DNA from: Narcine bancroftii
Taxonomy: Eukaryota
DNA: 64,000 bases
Assembly: GCF_036971445.1 (NCBI RefSeq)
Contig: NC_091470.1
Span: 180,172,001 to 180,236,000, forward strand
Direction of reading: 5' to 3'
Shown here: positions 26,211 through 36,525 of the stretch, piece after piece
Layout: each line of letters opens with the position of its first letter
How positions within the stretch are numbered: position 1 is the first letter of the stretch
Program-made: the position numbers and the translations under genes
The notes under the pieces: generated by a model
What the model was told of the DNA's origin: nothing
Databases searched by the model: none
Seen by the model: only the letters and a program-made list of their open reading frames with translations

Positions 26211-26358
26211 TTTTATCTAGGTTCTTTTCCGGCATCCACAGTTTTAGCGTTTCCCTCTCTCCCACCCCCTCCAGCGATGGCTGTAGAAGCCCCTTCCTCT
26301 TAATCAGAACTCCGAATGGAAATCGTTTTCACAGGCAGTGTATGAAATGTGTTCCTAC

Positions 26359-26478
26359 CTATGTTCAAGTCAGTGAGAAGATCCGAGTAATTTCTCAATC
26401 CGTAAGGCATCTCAGTTTTCGCTGATGATCCTAAATTCCCAGATGGGATTGCTGGTGGCCTGGAACTGGGCTTCAGGT
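26359..26478 (-). CDS. Lectin gene linker exon 3 (120 nt, phase 1/1)
   Basis: Acceptor ..taactcaacAG, donor TAG|GTAGGA, open Ser/Pro-rich frame DLKPSSRPPAIPSGNLGSSAKTEMPYGLRNYSDLLTDLNI. Confidence 0.6.
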
Positions 26479-27806
26479 CTGTTGAGTTACAAAGGATCCC
26501 AGAGCTCTCGTTAGTCAGTGGGTTTATTATCATACACATGGTATAATGTACAGATGCACCAAAATTCTTACTGCTGCAACCCAATGGGTACTTTGTAAAA
26601 AACCAATAGTTTATATTTGATATATACAATACGATATATTCATCGATCCGGGTTCGAATCTGGCGCTGTCCGTGACCTACATGGGTTTCCTCCCACGTTC
26701 CAAATGAGTGTTTGCAAAACACCGAATTTCATGACTTGTTCATGACAGTAAATTCTCATCCTGACTTAGTTGGTTAATTGGTCACGTGAGTGGAATTGGG
26801 TGGCACAGGGTCATGGGCTGGATGGGCCGGATACTATCCTGCTCTTCAACGTTTAAATACTAAAGTCATAAACATTCAATTAAAAAGAGCAGATAAATAC
26901 CAAAGGTGATATTCAACAGTGCAAGAAAAATGGCATCTGTTCTCGTTGCTGCCATCAGGAAAGAAGTCTTGGGGCCACGAGACTTGCACCACCAGGTTCA
27001 GGAACAGCTGCTCCCCCTCCACCCTCAAACTCTATCAGGGACTCATTTAAGTATTCTTACTTGACATAGAACATTGCAGCCCAGTTCAGGCTCTTTGGCC
27101 GACAATGTCATCGAGTTTATTGGCACTCGACTGCACAAGTACAGCCCAACGAAACAGCGTTCTCCGGTCCTCGGTGAAAAACACGCAGACACACAACCAG
27201 ATATAGCACACACATGTACAGACAAACAGTACATGTGCAGGACAAGTATTCATATATGCAAATAAATATTGTTTCATGAAGAAGGACAGTGTGAGAAGTT
27301 CCTTTGGTTGTTCTCACTGCCCGTGGGAAGAAGCTGTTCCTCGGCCTCGTGATACTGGGTCTGATCCTCCTGTATCTCTTCCCTGAAGGAAGCAGCTGAA
27401 AGATGCTGTGTGCAGGGTGGAAGGGATCCTCAATGATTTTGCACACGCTCTTCAGAAATCGATAGATCATGTTGATGGGGGTGGGGGAGGAGGGAAACTC
27501 CAGTGATCCTCTTTGCCACTCTTATGGTCCTGTGGATTGACCCATGGTCCTGTGGATTCACCCCTGATCCATATCTATACAAACCTACTCGACAAACTCT
27601 GGTGCTGTCGAATGGTTGACCAATCCTCTCTGCAGGCTAAGACATCTCCTCAACTCCTGGCATTATTACAATCTGGAGATCTCTTTTTTCCAAGACCCTC
27701 AATAGTTTGGGTCTTGTTGAATGGTTGAGCTCCTGCTCCTCTCTCAAAGGACATTGGATGAATTTTGGAGTCAGCGGGAGGCAGGTGCCCGGGGAATTTT
27801 TATTAC

Positions 27807-28163
27807 CTTGGTAACAAATGAAGGGGAACGGGAAGTCGCAGTCGGTCTCGTGCCACTCCGCGTCAAAGACAGCCACGCACAGGGGCAAGCTGCTGTTGAG
27901 GTGGTAGGGGTGCCACAGCCCCCACTTGGAGAAGCCGAAGGGGTCGCCGTTGGTCCACGCCCAGCCGGAGATCCCATCGGTGTAAAGCCCGATCCACCCC
28001 GGCCCGCTTGCCAGCTGGGAGACGGCGCTGGCCTCCTCCGCGTTGCGCACGCTGGCCAGGTTGGTGTAATGGTTACGGCAGTAGCTCCAAGCCTTGGTCC
28101 ACAACTTTTCCTCCTCAATCAGGAAGAATGTCCGGTCCCCGCTCACCATGCTCTGGTTTCCAC
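27807..28163 (-). CDS. Lectin gene CTLD exon C (intact, 357 nt, phase 1/1)
   Basis: KLWTKAWSYCRNHYTNLASV..WIGLY..WAWTNG..W..C..WHETDC..FPFICY; acceptor tttagtgtAG, donor AAG|GTAATA. Confidence 0.88.
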
Positions 28164-28169
28164 CTACAC

Positions 28170-28390
28170 TAAATTTAAAATTTAAATTTAGACATACAGC
28201 ATGATAACAGGCCCACGAGCTCGAGCCACCTTTGAACGGTGGAAGGGAACTGGAGGCCCCAGGGAAATCCCACACAGACTCCGGAAGAGCGTCAAACTCC
28301 TTACAGATAGCGACGGGATTCTAACCCCATTTCTGATCATTGTTACTGTAACAGCATTGCGCTAACCGCTACGACAACCTTGCCGGCCGA
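28170..28390 (-). mobile_element. tRNA-derived V-SINE (HE1-like)
   Basis: CTGTAAGGAGTTTG..GTGTGGGATTTCC..GTTCCCTTCCAC V-domain-like core and TGTCTAAATTTAAA tail. Other copies at ~26645, ~31330, ~39895, ~49630, ~54410, ~55640, ~62290. Confidence 0.7.
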
Positions 28391-29592
28391 TAATGTTCAG
28401 AGCGCTAACCATTATCAAATCTCGGCCGCAGATAAGACCATAAGACATGGCAGCAGAAATAATAAGCCATTCAGCCCATCGAGTCTGCCCCGCCATTTAA
28501 TCGTGAGCTGGTCCATTTTCCCCACTCAGACCCGTTGCCTGATCTTCTTCTGGGATTTGTGGAATCAAGATGGGGCGGCCACCGGGAGATCCGCGCTGTG
28601 GTGGCGGACAGTGCCGAGGTGCTCAGCAAAGCGATCTCCCCGCCTGTGGCCAGTCTCCCTGATGCAGAGGAGGCCGCAGCAGGAGCACCGGATGCCGTAG
28701 ACGTCCCCTGCAGATTCACAAGGGAAACGTTGCTTCACCTGGAAGGACGGTTCGAGGCCCCAAACGGTGGTGAGGGAGGAGGTGTGGGTGCAAGTGGAGC
28801 ACTTCAAAAATGTGTTTTACAACTTTACCCATGAGTGGTCTTCAACAAATCTAACTGCACATGTTAAAAGGTTGTAATAAACTCAGTAGAATGTATAATA
28901 TTCTGAACCCAGTCCCAAATTTCTTGCTTTCTTTTGCATTATTTCATTTCCACTTCTTCCAATCCCTGATCCAATGAGTCCCTTTCTTCACACTCACTTC
29001 TCTCCTTTGAAATTCAAACATTTCTCCACTTCCCCTCACAAATATTACTGCAGAAAAGTAATGGACGGAATAGCCTTCTGGTTGTATTGTGAATCCCTCT
29101 CTGAATATGTTTATTTTAAATTATATTTTGATGCATATATGTGATTATTTTGTGTGTTTGTGGTTTGTACGTGGAGGGATATTCGTGTGCTTGTGAGGGG
29201 TGTTTACCTGTGTGTATGGGGGGGTATTCATGTGTGTGTGTATGTGTGCATGTGAGGGGTGTGTGTGTGTGGGGTTATGAATGTGTGGGTGTATATGTAT
29301 GGATGTGTGGGAGGGGGGAGGTGCGTGTGGGTGAGGGGAGAGGTGCGTGTGCGTGTGGGCCTGTGTATGTGCATGTGAACTGTGGTCCAGAGATACACTG
29401 CTTCATGAGATTGTACATGTACAGTCAACCTTAACTTCTTCCAAACCCCTGGCTTTTACCCCAATCAGTATGGACACTGTACACTGGGGACCTTCTTCTC
29501 ACACTCCAATGCTCAAAGAAAATTTGAACCAAAAAGCTGGCGAATTAAAGGCAAAGTGCATGTTTCCACGTTTAGTCCAAATCTCCTCCTAC

Positions 29593-29703
29593 TTGGCCTG
29601 AAATTCCTTCTGGATACAATATCCCGCAATGTTATATCCTTGTATTCTCCGGCTCGTGGTATGACATCTTCATGAGGAAGTGCTCGACGAGCGATCCCCA
29701 TGT
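29593..29703 (-). CDS. Lectin gene linker exon 2 (111 nt, phase 1/1)
   Basis: Acceptor cttctcttgtatttgaatAG, donor CAA|GTAGGA, open frame DMGIARRALPHEDVIPRAGEYKDITLRDIVSRRNFRP. Confidence 0.5.
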
Positions 29704-29947
29704 CTATTCAAATACAAGAGAAGTTCATTTAAGACCGTAAGACAGGAGCAGAAACAGGCCATTCAGCTCATCAAGTCTTCCCCGCCAGTTAATCATGAGG
29801 GGATTCATTTTCCCACTCAGCCCCACTGCCCAGCCTTCTCCCCATGACCTTTGATGCCCTGGCTAGTCTCTACCGATCACTGAGATTGAGTTCCGGGCTC
29901 AATCGGAATCCACCCCCACCATCACCGTCTCCCCCGTCCCTATTCAT

Positions 29948-30274
29948 CCAGGTAGCAGGTGAAAGGGAGGTGGGCTTCATATCGTGGCATAGACACACAT
30001 CGGCAAGCCATCGGCGCCTCTGTTGGTGTGGGGATGGGGGCCAGTTGGCATACTGGTAGGCATCGCCGTTGGACCAGCTGTCGTCTCCGCTGGAGCTGTC
30101 CGATTCACTCCAACCTCCCCCCTCGGGCCAGAAGGGGACGCACAGCCCCCGACTCCTGCTCGCTCCTCGCGCTCAGAAGGCTGGTGTAGTGGGACCGGCA
30201 GAAATCCCGCCTGCTCTTCGGCTGGTCAGACCGCAAGGGCAACCTGTCCTCTGACTCAGTGTTTTGGACATGCT
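29948..30274 (-). pseudogene. Lectin gene CTLD exon B (heavily decayed)
   Basis: Minus strand reads RDFCRSHYTSLLSARSEQE, *IG (TGA at 30105-30107 in place of W of WIG), SWSNGDAYQYANW, LPMCVY, LPFTCY in shifting frames; acceptor cgtcttttcAG; donor lost. Confidence 0.8.
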
Positions 30275-30429
30275 CTGAAAAGACGGTCGGGAGGTCTCCA
30301 CCCGACCAGGGAACCGTGGAGGTGGGACTGCCATTCAGTCCCTGACCTGCCCTCCCAGTTTCTCAGAGCCCACTTAACTAGTGGCCAATCCTGGACACAC
30401 AACTGCACTTCCTGAGAAAGTGGAGGCGG

Positions 30430-30925
30430 GCAAGCCTGACAGGCCCTTCGGCCCATGATGTTGTGCCAACCTATATACACCTGCTCAACAATCTAAACCT
30501 TCCCTCCCTACCCCATAACCTTCTCTTTTTCTTGTGTCCATATGCCTATTTAAGAATCTTCTAAATGCCCCTCTTGTTCCAGCCTCCACCACCACCATTG
30601 GCAATGCATTCCAAGCACCCACAACTCTCTGAGTATCCCTGACGTCTCCCCTAAACTTCCCTCCCTTCACTTTGTACAGACGTCCTCTGGTGTTTGCTAT
30701 TCTACCCATCTATGCCTCTCGTCGACCTCTATTAAGTCTCCTCTCATCCTTCTATGCTCCAAAGAGAAAAGTCCCAGCTCTGCAAACCTGGCCTCATAAG
30801 ACTTATTTTCCAATCCAGGCAACATCCTGGTGAATCTCCTCTGCACCCTCTCCACAGCTTCCACATCCTTCCTGTAATGAGGCGACCAGAATTGAACACA
30901 ATGGTCCAAGTGTGGTCTCACCATG
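30430..30925 (-). mobile_element. CR1 3' fragment
   Basis: VRPHLDHCVQFWSPHYRKDVEAVERVQRRFTRMLPG. Confidence 0.85.
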
Positions 30926-30994
30926 ACCTCCCGGCTCTTGAACTCAATTCCCCGACTTTAGCTTTCCTTTATCAAAAGCCGACAAGGCGCTCAC

Positions 30995-31129
30995 CTCCAG
31001 AAGATGACAGACTCGTCAGTGCAGCGTCCAGAGACTGGGGCATGTAATCATCACCAGCTGTCTCCAGCTCAGCGGCTGTCCATGAGCTCGATGACGCAGA
31101 TTCCTCGGCACTGGACGGTTCAGGGAATT
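30995..31129 (-). CDS. Lectin gene linker exon 1 (135 nt, phase 1/1)
   Basis: Acceptor cttttacttttgtcAG, donor GAG|GTGAGC, open Ser/acidic frame EFPEPSSAEESASSSSWTAAELETAGDDYMPQSLDAALTSLSSSG. Confidence 0.7.
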
Positions 31130-31599
31130 CTGACAAAAGTAAAAGCATGGTCGTAGGCAGAGCTTCCTCTGAAACCGCCCCCCCCCCCCCCCACCCACAC
31201 ACCTCCTTCCCAAATGGTTTCCCCGCTCAACCTTTCATTCATTCCTCGGGACGAGTCACAGAGCACAGAAATAAAACCTTTGGACTTGCTTGGCCATCAT
31301 TGTCTCGTTGGCTAAAGGCATCTTAAATTTCAAATTCTTAAATTAAATTTGGACATATAGCACGATAACAGACCCACGAACCCGTGCCACCAAATTTACA
31401 CCCAATTAACCTACAACCCCTGGTACGTTTTGAAGGGTGGGAGGAAACCGGAGCTCCCTGGGAAAACCCACGCAGACATGGGGAGAATGTGCAAATTCCT
31501 CATTCGACTCTGTCCATTTTGTTCTCCCAGCAACACCCCCCCCCCCACCAATCCCTGGATTCTCCCACACTGCTCCCTTACATAAATAGATTTTTTTAA

Positions 31600-32100
31600 A
31601 TGGCGGTGTTTCGTTTAAAATCCTGCGACTGCGGGGTCTGTGCCCAAGATGGCGGCACCTGTGTTCAGCAACATCCGTGATGGGTTGATGGCTCGGGGGG
31701 GGGAGCAGTGCAAGGCACCAGTAATGGGGAGAACACCGCCCCCCACCCCGTGGAGGAGCAGAAGCAGGGGAGATGGCCCCTACAGAGATGATGTGACCGC
31801 GGCGGCTGGACCAACAAGGGGCTCAGTGGCTGAGAGGGACCCGCAAGGTATGCGGGTGACCTGAGGTCAGGGGACCGGCTCATGGGAACCAGAGTCTGGA
31901 ATTGGGGCTCGGGAGGGCATAGAGGATAAGAAGGGGCTCCCAAAGGGCCTCGGGCACTGAAGCCTTCCTGATCGTGTCGGAGGCTTGGATCTGGTGGTCA
32001 ACGGATCAAATGGGAATCTGTGCCAGCTGCAGAGACCACGGGAGAACGTTTTGTGTAATATTACATGTTCTGCACCATTACACGATAATAAGGGGATCTT
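31600..32100 (+). mobile_element. Short interspersed element with CAAGATGGCGGC head (related copy ~55930-56600)
   Basis: CTGCGGGGTCTG..CCCAAGATGGCGGC.CCTG 5' end and GACAAT.AA/GATCTTG-type 3' end shared between copies. Confidence 0.55.
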
Positions 32101-32132
32101 GCTCATTGGCGTACTTTTGGTAGTTGGCATAT

Positions 32133-32505
32133 CTGTGTAACAGATGAAGGGCAGTGGAATCTCGCACTGAGTGTCGACCCATCGATCACTGTCAATGTAC
32201 ACGCAGCTGGGAACGGTGGTGCTGACTTGTTGGGCCTTCCAAGGCACCCAGTTGGCATCACTGAACCCCTCTCCCGTCGTCCACCTCCACCCAGCCGTGG
32301 ACCAGTCGTTGCCATATAGTCCAATCCACAGCCACGTGCCTCCAATCACGAGGCGAGCCACAGCCTCCCACTCCTTGCGGCTCAGCAGGCAGGCAAGGTC
32401 TGTGTACCTGTTTCGACAGTAGTCCCGCGCCTCTGGCCAACTCCTCTGCTCTTTGATCAGGTGATAGCCCCCCCCCCACTGACAGTTTCATGGCATGGGA
32501 CAAGC
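32133..32505 (-). pseudogene. Lectin gene CTLD exon A (+1 frameshift in G10 run; expected donor reads AT)
   Basis: YHLIKEQRSWPEARDYCRNRYTDLA..WIGLY..WRWTTG..W..CVYIDSDRWVDTQCEIPLPFICYT. Length 373 nt (3n+1). C10 at 32468-32477 on plus. May be an assembly error rather than a true lesion. Confidence 0.8.
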
Positions 32506-34492
32506 CTTGGAACACATTTAAAATGCACAATGACTTTTTTTTAATGCTAAAGCCCTAAAATCAGATTGGGCTCGCCCAGATTTTTGAATTTTTCAAATAT
32601 TTAAAATTCTGATTTAAGGCAGAATGAAGAAGAGATGAACAGGTAAATTTCGATAGTTTATTTATTAACAAATACAGACGCTTCATTTATAAAATGAGCA
32701 GTTTTAAAGAAAATTAAAGTCAACACCTGACAAAAATGTAAACAATAATTTAAAATGCAAAATGTTTTCCTGGGCAAATCTTAAAAGCTCTCAGCTAATA
32801 CCGTGTCCACCGAGGGTAGGGAGGAATAAAACTAGAAGGCATCAATTTAAGGTGAGAGGGGAAAGATTTAAAAAGGACCAAGGAGCAAGAGGGTGGTGGG
32901 TGTGTGGAGTGAGCTGCCAGAGTGGTTGAAGCGGGCACAATTACACCATTTAAACAGGCCCATGGGTTTCCTGGTTTCTAGAGATTTTGCCAATTTCTAC
33001 AGAGGCGTGGTGTAAAGTGTGCTGACCGGCTCCAATCGCGGCCCGGTACGGGAGCACCAATACCCACCCCGAGCGTAAAGCCCTGCAAAAGGTCGTGGAC
33101 GCAGCCCAGGACAACCCGGGCAAAACCCTCCCCACCATCGAGAACCATCTATGGGGAATGCTGCTGTCGGAGGGCAGCAGCGATCATCAAGGACCCGCAC
33201 CCACCCAGCACGCGGTCTGTTCACACTATCGGACTCGTACCACCAGGTTCAGGAACAGCTGCTCCCCCTCCACCATCAGACTCCTCAACGTCAAACTCAA
33301 TCAGGGAATCATTTAAGGACTTGTGCACTTTATTGATTTTTTAAATTCTCTCTGTATCACAAAGTCAGTTTGTTTATATTTGTTATCTGTTTGCATGGGT
33401 ACCTTTTTTTTGCATTACCAATAAGTGGCAATTCTGCCTCTCCCACAGGAAAAAGAGAATCTCAGGGTTGTATGTGATGTCAGGTGTGTACTCTGACAAT
33501 AAATCTGATGATGGCTCCAGTACACAACTTGGTCAGCACAGTCATGAGGGGTTGAAGGGCCTTATTCTGTGCCTTGTAACAGAGTCCATGATATTTTTGG
33601 GAATGGGATCAGTACCCAAGATCACAGAGATAGGAGCAGAAGTCGGCCCCTTGGATCTGCTCCGCCATTCGAATCACGAGCTGATCCTCATCACTCAGCC
33701 TCACTCCCCGACTTCCTCCCCGTAACCCTTGATTAAACACCGGTCAATCTCTGCCTTAAATACACGCAGTGTCCTCCCTTCCGCGGCCACCCGTGGCTAC
33801 AACTGCCACAGACTGACTAAAGAAACTTTTCCATATCTCTGCTTTAAATTGACACCCTTTTACCTTGAAGTCGTCCCCTCTTGTCCCAGACTCTCCCAGA
33901 AACACCCTTGCCACATCTACTCAGTCAGGCCTTTCAGCATTTGAAGTGCCTCGAAGAGGGGGTGAGACAGAGTAAATGTAGGTTAGCTATTTCCACTGAG
34001 GGGAGGGGAGGTACAAACCAGAGGACACAGGTTAAGGGTGAAAGGGGAAAGGTTTAGGGGAAACTTCTTCACACAGAGAGGGGTGGGGGTGTGGAACAAG
34101 CTGAAGTGGTGAATGCGGGTTCAGTTTTAACATTCAAGAAGAATTTGGACAGGGACGAGGGTGTGGAGGGCGGTGGACTGGGTGCAGGTCAGTGGGACTC
34201 GGCAGAACAAATAGCTCAACACAGTCCGGAAGGGCCTATCTTCCGTGCCGTGATGTTCCAGGAAGACCAGAAGGCAACTCAACGGGGAGGGGAATCGGAG
34301 CCATCGGCTGGTGTTGCCTGAAGCTACCAGCATCTGTGGTTCGTTGTCGCTTTGGCCAACGGGTTTCCCAGAAATTCCCGGTGTAGCTCGGGGCAGGATC
34401 AAGAGGACGTGTTTGGTATGGCCTCCGTCTCCAGTCCCCCCGGTCCCTCAGCCCCTCCTGAGCTTCGCTGAGTGCCAAGAGAGCGAGCTTAC

Positions 34493-34532
34493 CATGAGTC
34501 AAGAAAAGCAGGAGAATCGCGGCCGTGTACAT
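34493..34532 (-). CDS. Lectin gene signal-peptide coding exon (exon 34493-34581 with 5'UTR)
   Basis: MYTAAILLLFLTH-G with phase-1 donor ATG|GTAAGC; upstream acceptor tttatctttgatttttcAG at 34582-34583. Confidence 0.75.
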
Positions 34533-36374
34533 GCCCCCAATGCCTTGGGGGACCCAGATACTCGAAGACACTAAACGGCAACTGAAAAATCAAAGATAAA
34601 AGATAACGGAGCAGCTGTAAGGGATCTGGGAGACCCAACACTGGTCCAAAGGGTCCAACCGCCCGGTCTTGAAAATGGAGCAGACGTTAAACAGCCTGTT
34701 AAAGGAGCCAAAGGCGTTTTTAATCTAAAATCCGGCAGCCGGTTAGCAGCACCTGTGCCCGGCAGCGGCCACGGGAGGTTGCAGACTCCGGGGGTGGGAG
34801 CAGCGGGAGCGGGGAGAATACCCCCCCCCCACACTCCCCTTACACAGAAGAAGAAGCAGGACGTTGACCACGGCGGCGGACCAGCGAGGGGCTCATTGGC
34901 CGAGGGACCCATGCAGGCTGCGTGTGAGCTGTTACAGACTGGATCATGGGAACAGAGCCGGTATTCGAGACATTGCTCATGAATGACCCACAGACCCTAC
35001 CTCACTTCTTTAAAAATAAGTTTTTAATTGTCCGATGTATGTATTGTTTGCCTGTACTATGTCGGGTTGTGTGTCTGCGTGTTTTGCACCGAGGACCAGA
35101 GAAGGCTGTTCAGTCGGGTTGAACGTGCAATCGGATGACAATAAACTTTACGTAATCAGTGGCGGCTTTACCATTAGGCAGAGTAGACTTCAGGTGGGTT
35201 CCCAGTAGGAGCGGAGACCTCAGGTTCCCGGGATGGAGCGGGGACCTCGGATTCTACAATTCTTTTGACTCCAAATGTTCTATCAACACCCCCCCCCTCC
35301 CCACACACACATACCCCAGCGTTTAACCCATTAGGATCACCATGAAGTCATTCAGTCAGAGGAAGAGAAGCAAAAGTCAGTCCCTCCCTACCCACCCCCA
35401 GAGTCACCGAGTGCACGTGGATTCGCCTCCGGTGCTCCCCGCGGCCGCACAGAGTCGAGTCCAAACCCGAGCTCCAGATCCGAACCTCCGACACGGTCAG
35501 GAAGCCCCTTCATCGCCATCGGCGCCCTCTCCCGTCCCAGTTCCGATCCCCGCCAGCCTCCAGCAGAACGCTGTCCTTGACTGCAGTCTGGAGCAGCCTG
35601 CAATGGGGTCCCTCGCCTCGAGCCCGCCACCTGTGAGTGGTGGTGGGGGGAGGGGGGTCCTCTTCAGCCTTAGAGCCCCTCACTAGACACCGGCCTCTGT
35701 TTCTCCCTCTTTCCCATGTTCTGGTGCCCTGCGCGCGTGTTCCACTTCTCTGGAGTCTGCAACCCCTCGATTGAGGACTGATTCGTGCTCTCCTGACTGT
35801 CCACAATCATATCCACAAAATCAAAATTCTGTGACACCTTCCTGACAATAAAACTGGTTTCTGATTCTGATACTCGTCGCAGAGAGGGGTGGTGGTGGTG
35901 GGGGTCCTGGGAAGAACGCGCGCTTAGAACTGACCTGGCCTGAGGATAACCGACGTCCACTTTCAGTCTGGTACCAACCTTCTGCATTCGTGGAGTAAAG
36001 AGAACGAGCATGTGTGTCCAGCGGGAAGACCACCCTTCCCAAGCTCTCCGCCTCCCAGCACCACACTGTGTGAACCCACCCTCTTCACGGCCGTCAGGAG
36101 GGGAGGAGCCACAGTCAAGGTTCAAATCGTTCCAAGGCAAGGCTGGGGGGCGCATTGAAACTCGGTGAGTCAGCAGTGTCCCAGAACACTGGGTGCTCAC
36201 TGGTCCAGGAGTGGTGAAATCCTTGAACAGGACGGACTGCACACCAGGACTTGATTACGTCGCACTCGGCCAAGGAACAGACCGAGACGATCTTGCCTGT
36301 GGTTTGACAAAGGGTTAGCTTTCAAGGTTCAGGTCGTGCGTGAGGTGAAGTTGCATATACTGTCATATACTTAC

Positions 36375-36525
36375 ACAGGCCGGGAGTAGAGCCAGTTGGG
36401 GCTGGGAACCACGTACGAGAACCATGTACGAGAGAGTTATTCGGGGCGGGATGGGGAGAGCGAACAGCGTCTCTTGCACAGAATCGCGTGGGGAGGAGGG
36501 TGGCGGTGACTTGCGAGCCAATGCA
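36375..36525 (-). promoter_or_regulatory. Candidate promoter and non-coding first exon of the lectin gene
   Basis: CCAAT 36518-36522, GC box 36443-36450, consensus minus-strand donor TGT|GTAAGT at 36374. Confidence 0.45.

Noticed and set aside
28170-28390. tRNA-like box sequences
   Set aside because: Degenerate SINE heads; no cloverleaf.
14805-34532. Naming the lectin gene MRC1 or PLA2R1
   Set aside because: No ricin, FNII or transmembrane exons and a different exon structure; only generic CTLD similarity.
36367-36400. ATACTTAC resembling the U1 snRNA 5' end
   Set aside because: Following sequence does not match U1; better explained as a minus-strand GTAAGTAT splice donor.
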